Source: Botryllus schlosseri (lineage: Eukaryota). Taken from it: a stretch of DNA of 64,000 bases. The notes below the pieces were generated by a model. It had not been told where the DNA came from, searched no databases, and saw only the letters and a program-made list of their open reading frames with translations. The number at the start of each line of letters is the position of its first letter. The first letter of the stretch is position 1. The stretch lies in contig CM119371.1 in the NCBI GenBank assembly GCA_051294905.1, positions 29,080,001 to 29,144,000 of the forward strand. Reading direction: 5' to 3'. The translations under genes and the position numbers were made by a program. Shown piece after piece: positions 62,701 to 64,000 of the stretch.

Positions 62701-64000
62701 GTTTATTTCTATAAATTAGGCAGAATTTTTCCGTAAGGGGAGGGGTGTGCAATTGTTCATATTAAAATTGAGATGTCTAGCGAGATGAAATCACAAAGCG
62801 CGAAGGAAATTTTCAAGTTGATGAAGTTCTCACAATTACTCTTATTATTTTTAAATTACTCAATTATTATTTTTAGTTTTATTTTTATTTACGAATATGA
62901 GCCCCCTTCGAGCGACCCCCACCCAATTGGGGGTTTGGTGTGCGGCAGTTACGGTTTTGTCTAGAATGCAAATCATTAGGTGCGAGAAATCGCCAGCTAT
63001 AAAGTTGGGCAATGGTATATTGTGACGTAAGAATCAAATGAAGTAACATTGTTCTCCCATGAAGCATTTTCATCGCAATCGGTAGGTATATTGCCTCCCA
63101 ACATGTCTTCAAAGAGACGTTCTTAAGAAGCAAAACAAATGTAATCGTAGAGCTTCTGGGAGGTGCAGAACTTCAATATACAATTGAATAGTATATTCAT
63201 ACTGAAATGAACCCGAATACTTTCGGCCGACACTCGTCAGCAACTAGTAGGAAATTGGAAATAACATTGTACTAGTTGCTGACGATTACCCCTGGCGAGT
63301 GTCAGTCGAAAATATTCAAGTTCATTTCAATATGAATATACTATTCTGAAGAAATCATAATCGCAATCGATTACATTCATGAATTACCCCATGTCTGGTG
63401 GTAATTAGGAAGAAGGTGAGAATTTTAAAAACTGCATTGTCATGCCTGCTCTTCCCTGAGTTCAATCAACGCAATGTGCAAAACTGAATTCAACCTTTAT
63501 GGCAGGCTTATATGTGTAGGGTAAAGTGAATTCGCGGGGATATTGATTTCGGGCACAGGGATATTGATTTCAGGCATGACAGCAATTTTGATTTGTCAGA
63601 TCTGTACAAACTCCACGGCAAGCCCGTTTTCGATCAATGTTCGTTCGCTACAGAATAGAATTGCGTTTGCGACACGTAAATGGCACAAAAGTGTGCCGCG
63701 GCAAACCGGTTGAGAACCACTGTAGGGCCTACTAAACCATTATTTGGAATTATGGGAACGAAATTTCCTGACATTCATTCAAATGAAGTGGGAACTATGA
63801 AAACCTTGTGAAGTGAGCTACTTTGAGAAAGAAGTATGTATGTTATTGGGAAGGTGATCCTCAGACAAAAGCTTGGGTAATTGCTATTTCGTTAATTGAA
63901 GTGAATCGCGTTTACCACACATCCTTTGCTTCGACGCGCGCGCCGAGAGATAATTACATGCGCGCTGGTTCGGGTTGGTCGTCCGTAGGTTCGATCATTC

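Larger units (their letters stand above)
49710..64000 (+). repeat. Segmental duplication, copy B (continues past the window end)
   Basis: See copy A; B keeps ~52416-56945, which A lacks. Confidence 0.95.

Overview
This is repeat-saturated eukaryotic DNA, most likely from an invertebrate animal; that is inferred from the transposon and SINE spectrum. I found no intact host gene. A segmental duplication dominates the window: copy A ~6865-23545 and copy B ~49710-64000, with B running off the window end. A second, more diverged duplicate pairs 23880-25140 with 46540-48345. Comparing the copies exposes empty and filled insertion sites and confirms several elements to the base. Mobile DNA present: many hAT elements with 8-bp TSDs, a piggyBac-like TTAA element, a PIF/Harbinger element, P/THAP9-, hATm- and Chapaev3-like transposase relics, a decayed Gypsy LTR element, CR1/L2-, R2-like and I/Nimb-like LINE relics, two tRNA-derived SINE families, and a long foldback element. 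The most unusual signal is a set of decayed minus-strand genes resembling a virus-like element. It comprises parvovirus NS1/Rep-like SF3 helicase relics of two divergent types (four copies), a ~300-codon partner gene, two tandem CxHxWxCxxCG zinc-ribbon genes, a C2H2 gene followed by a recombinase-like segment, and an intron-containing Pim-like kinase pseudogene. All protein family calls come from recognising motifs by eye; no database search was run.
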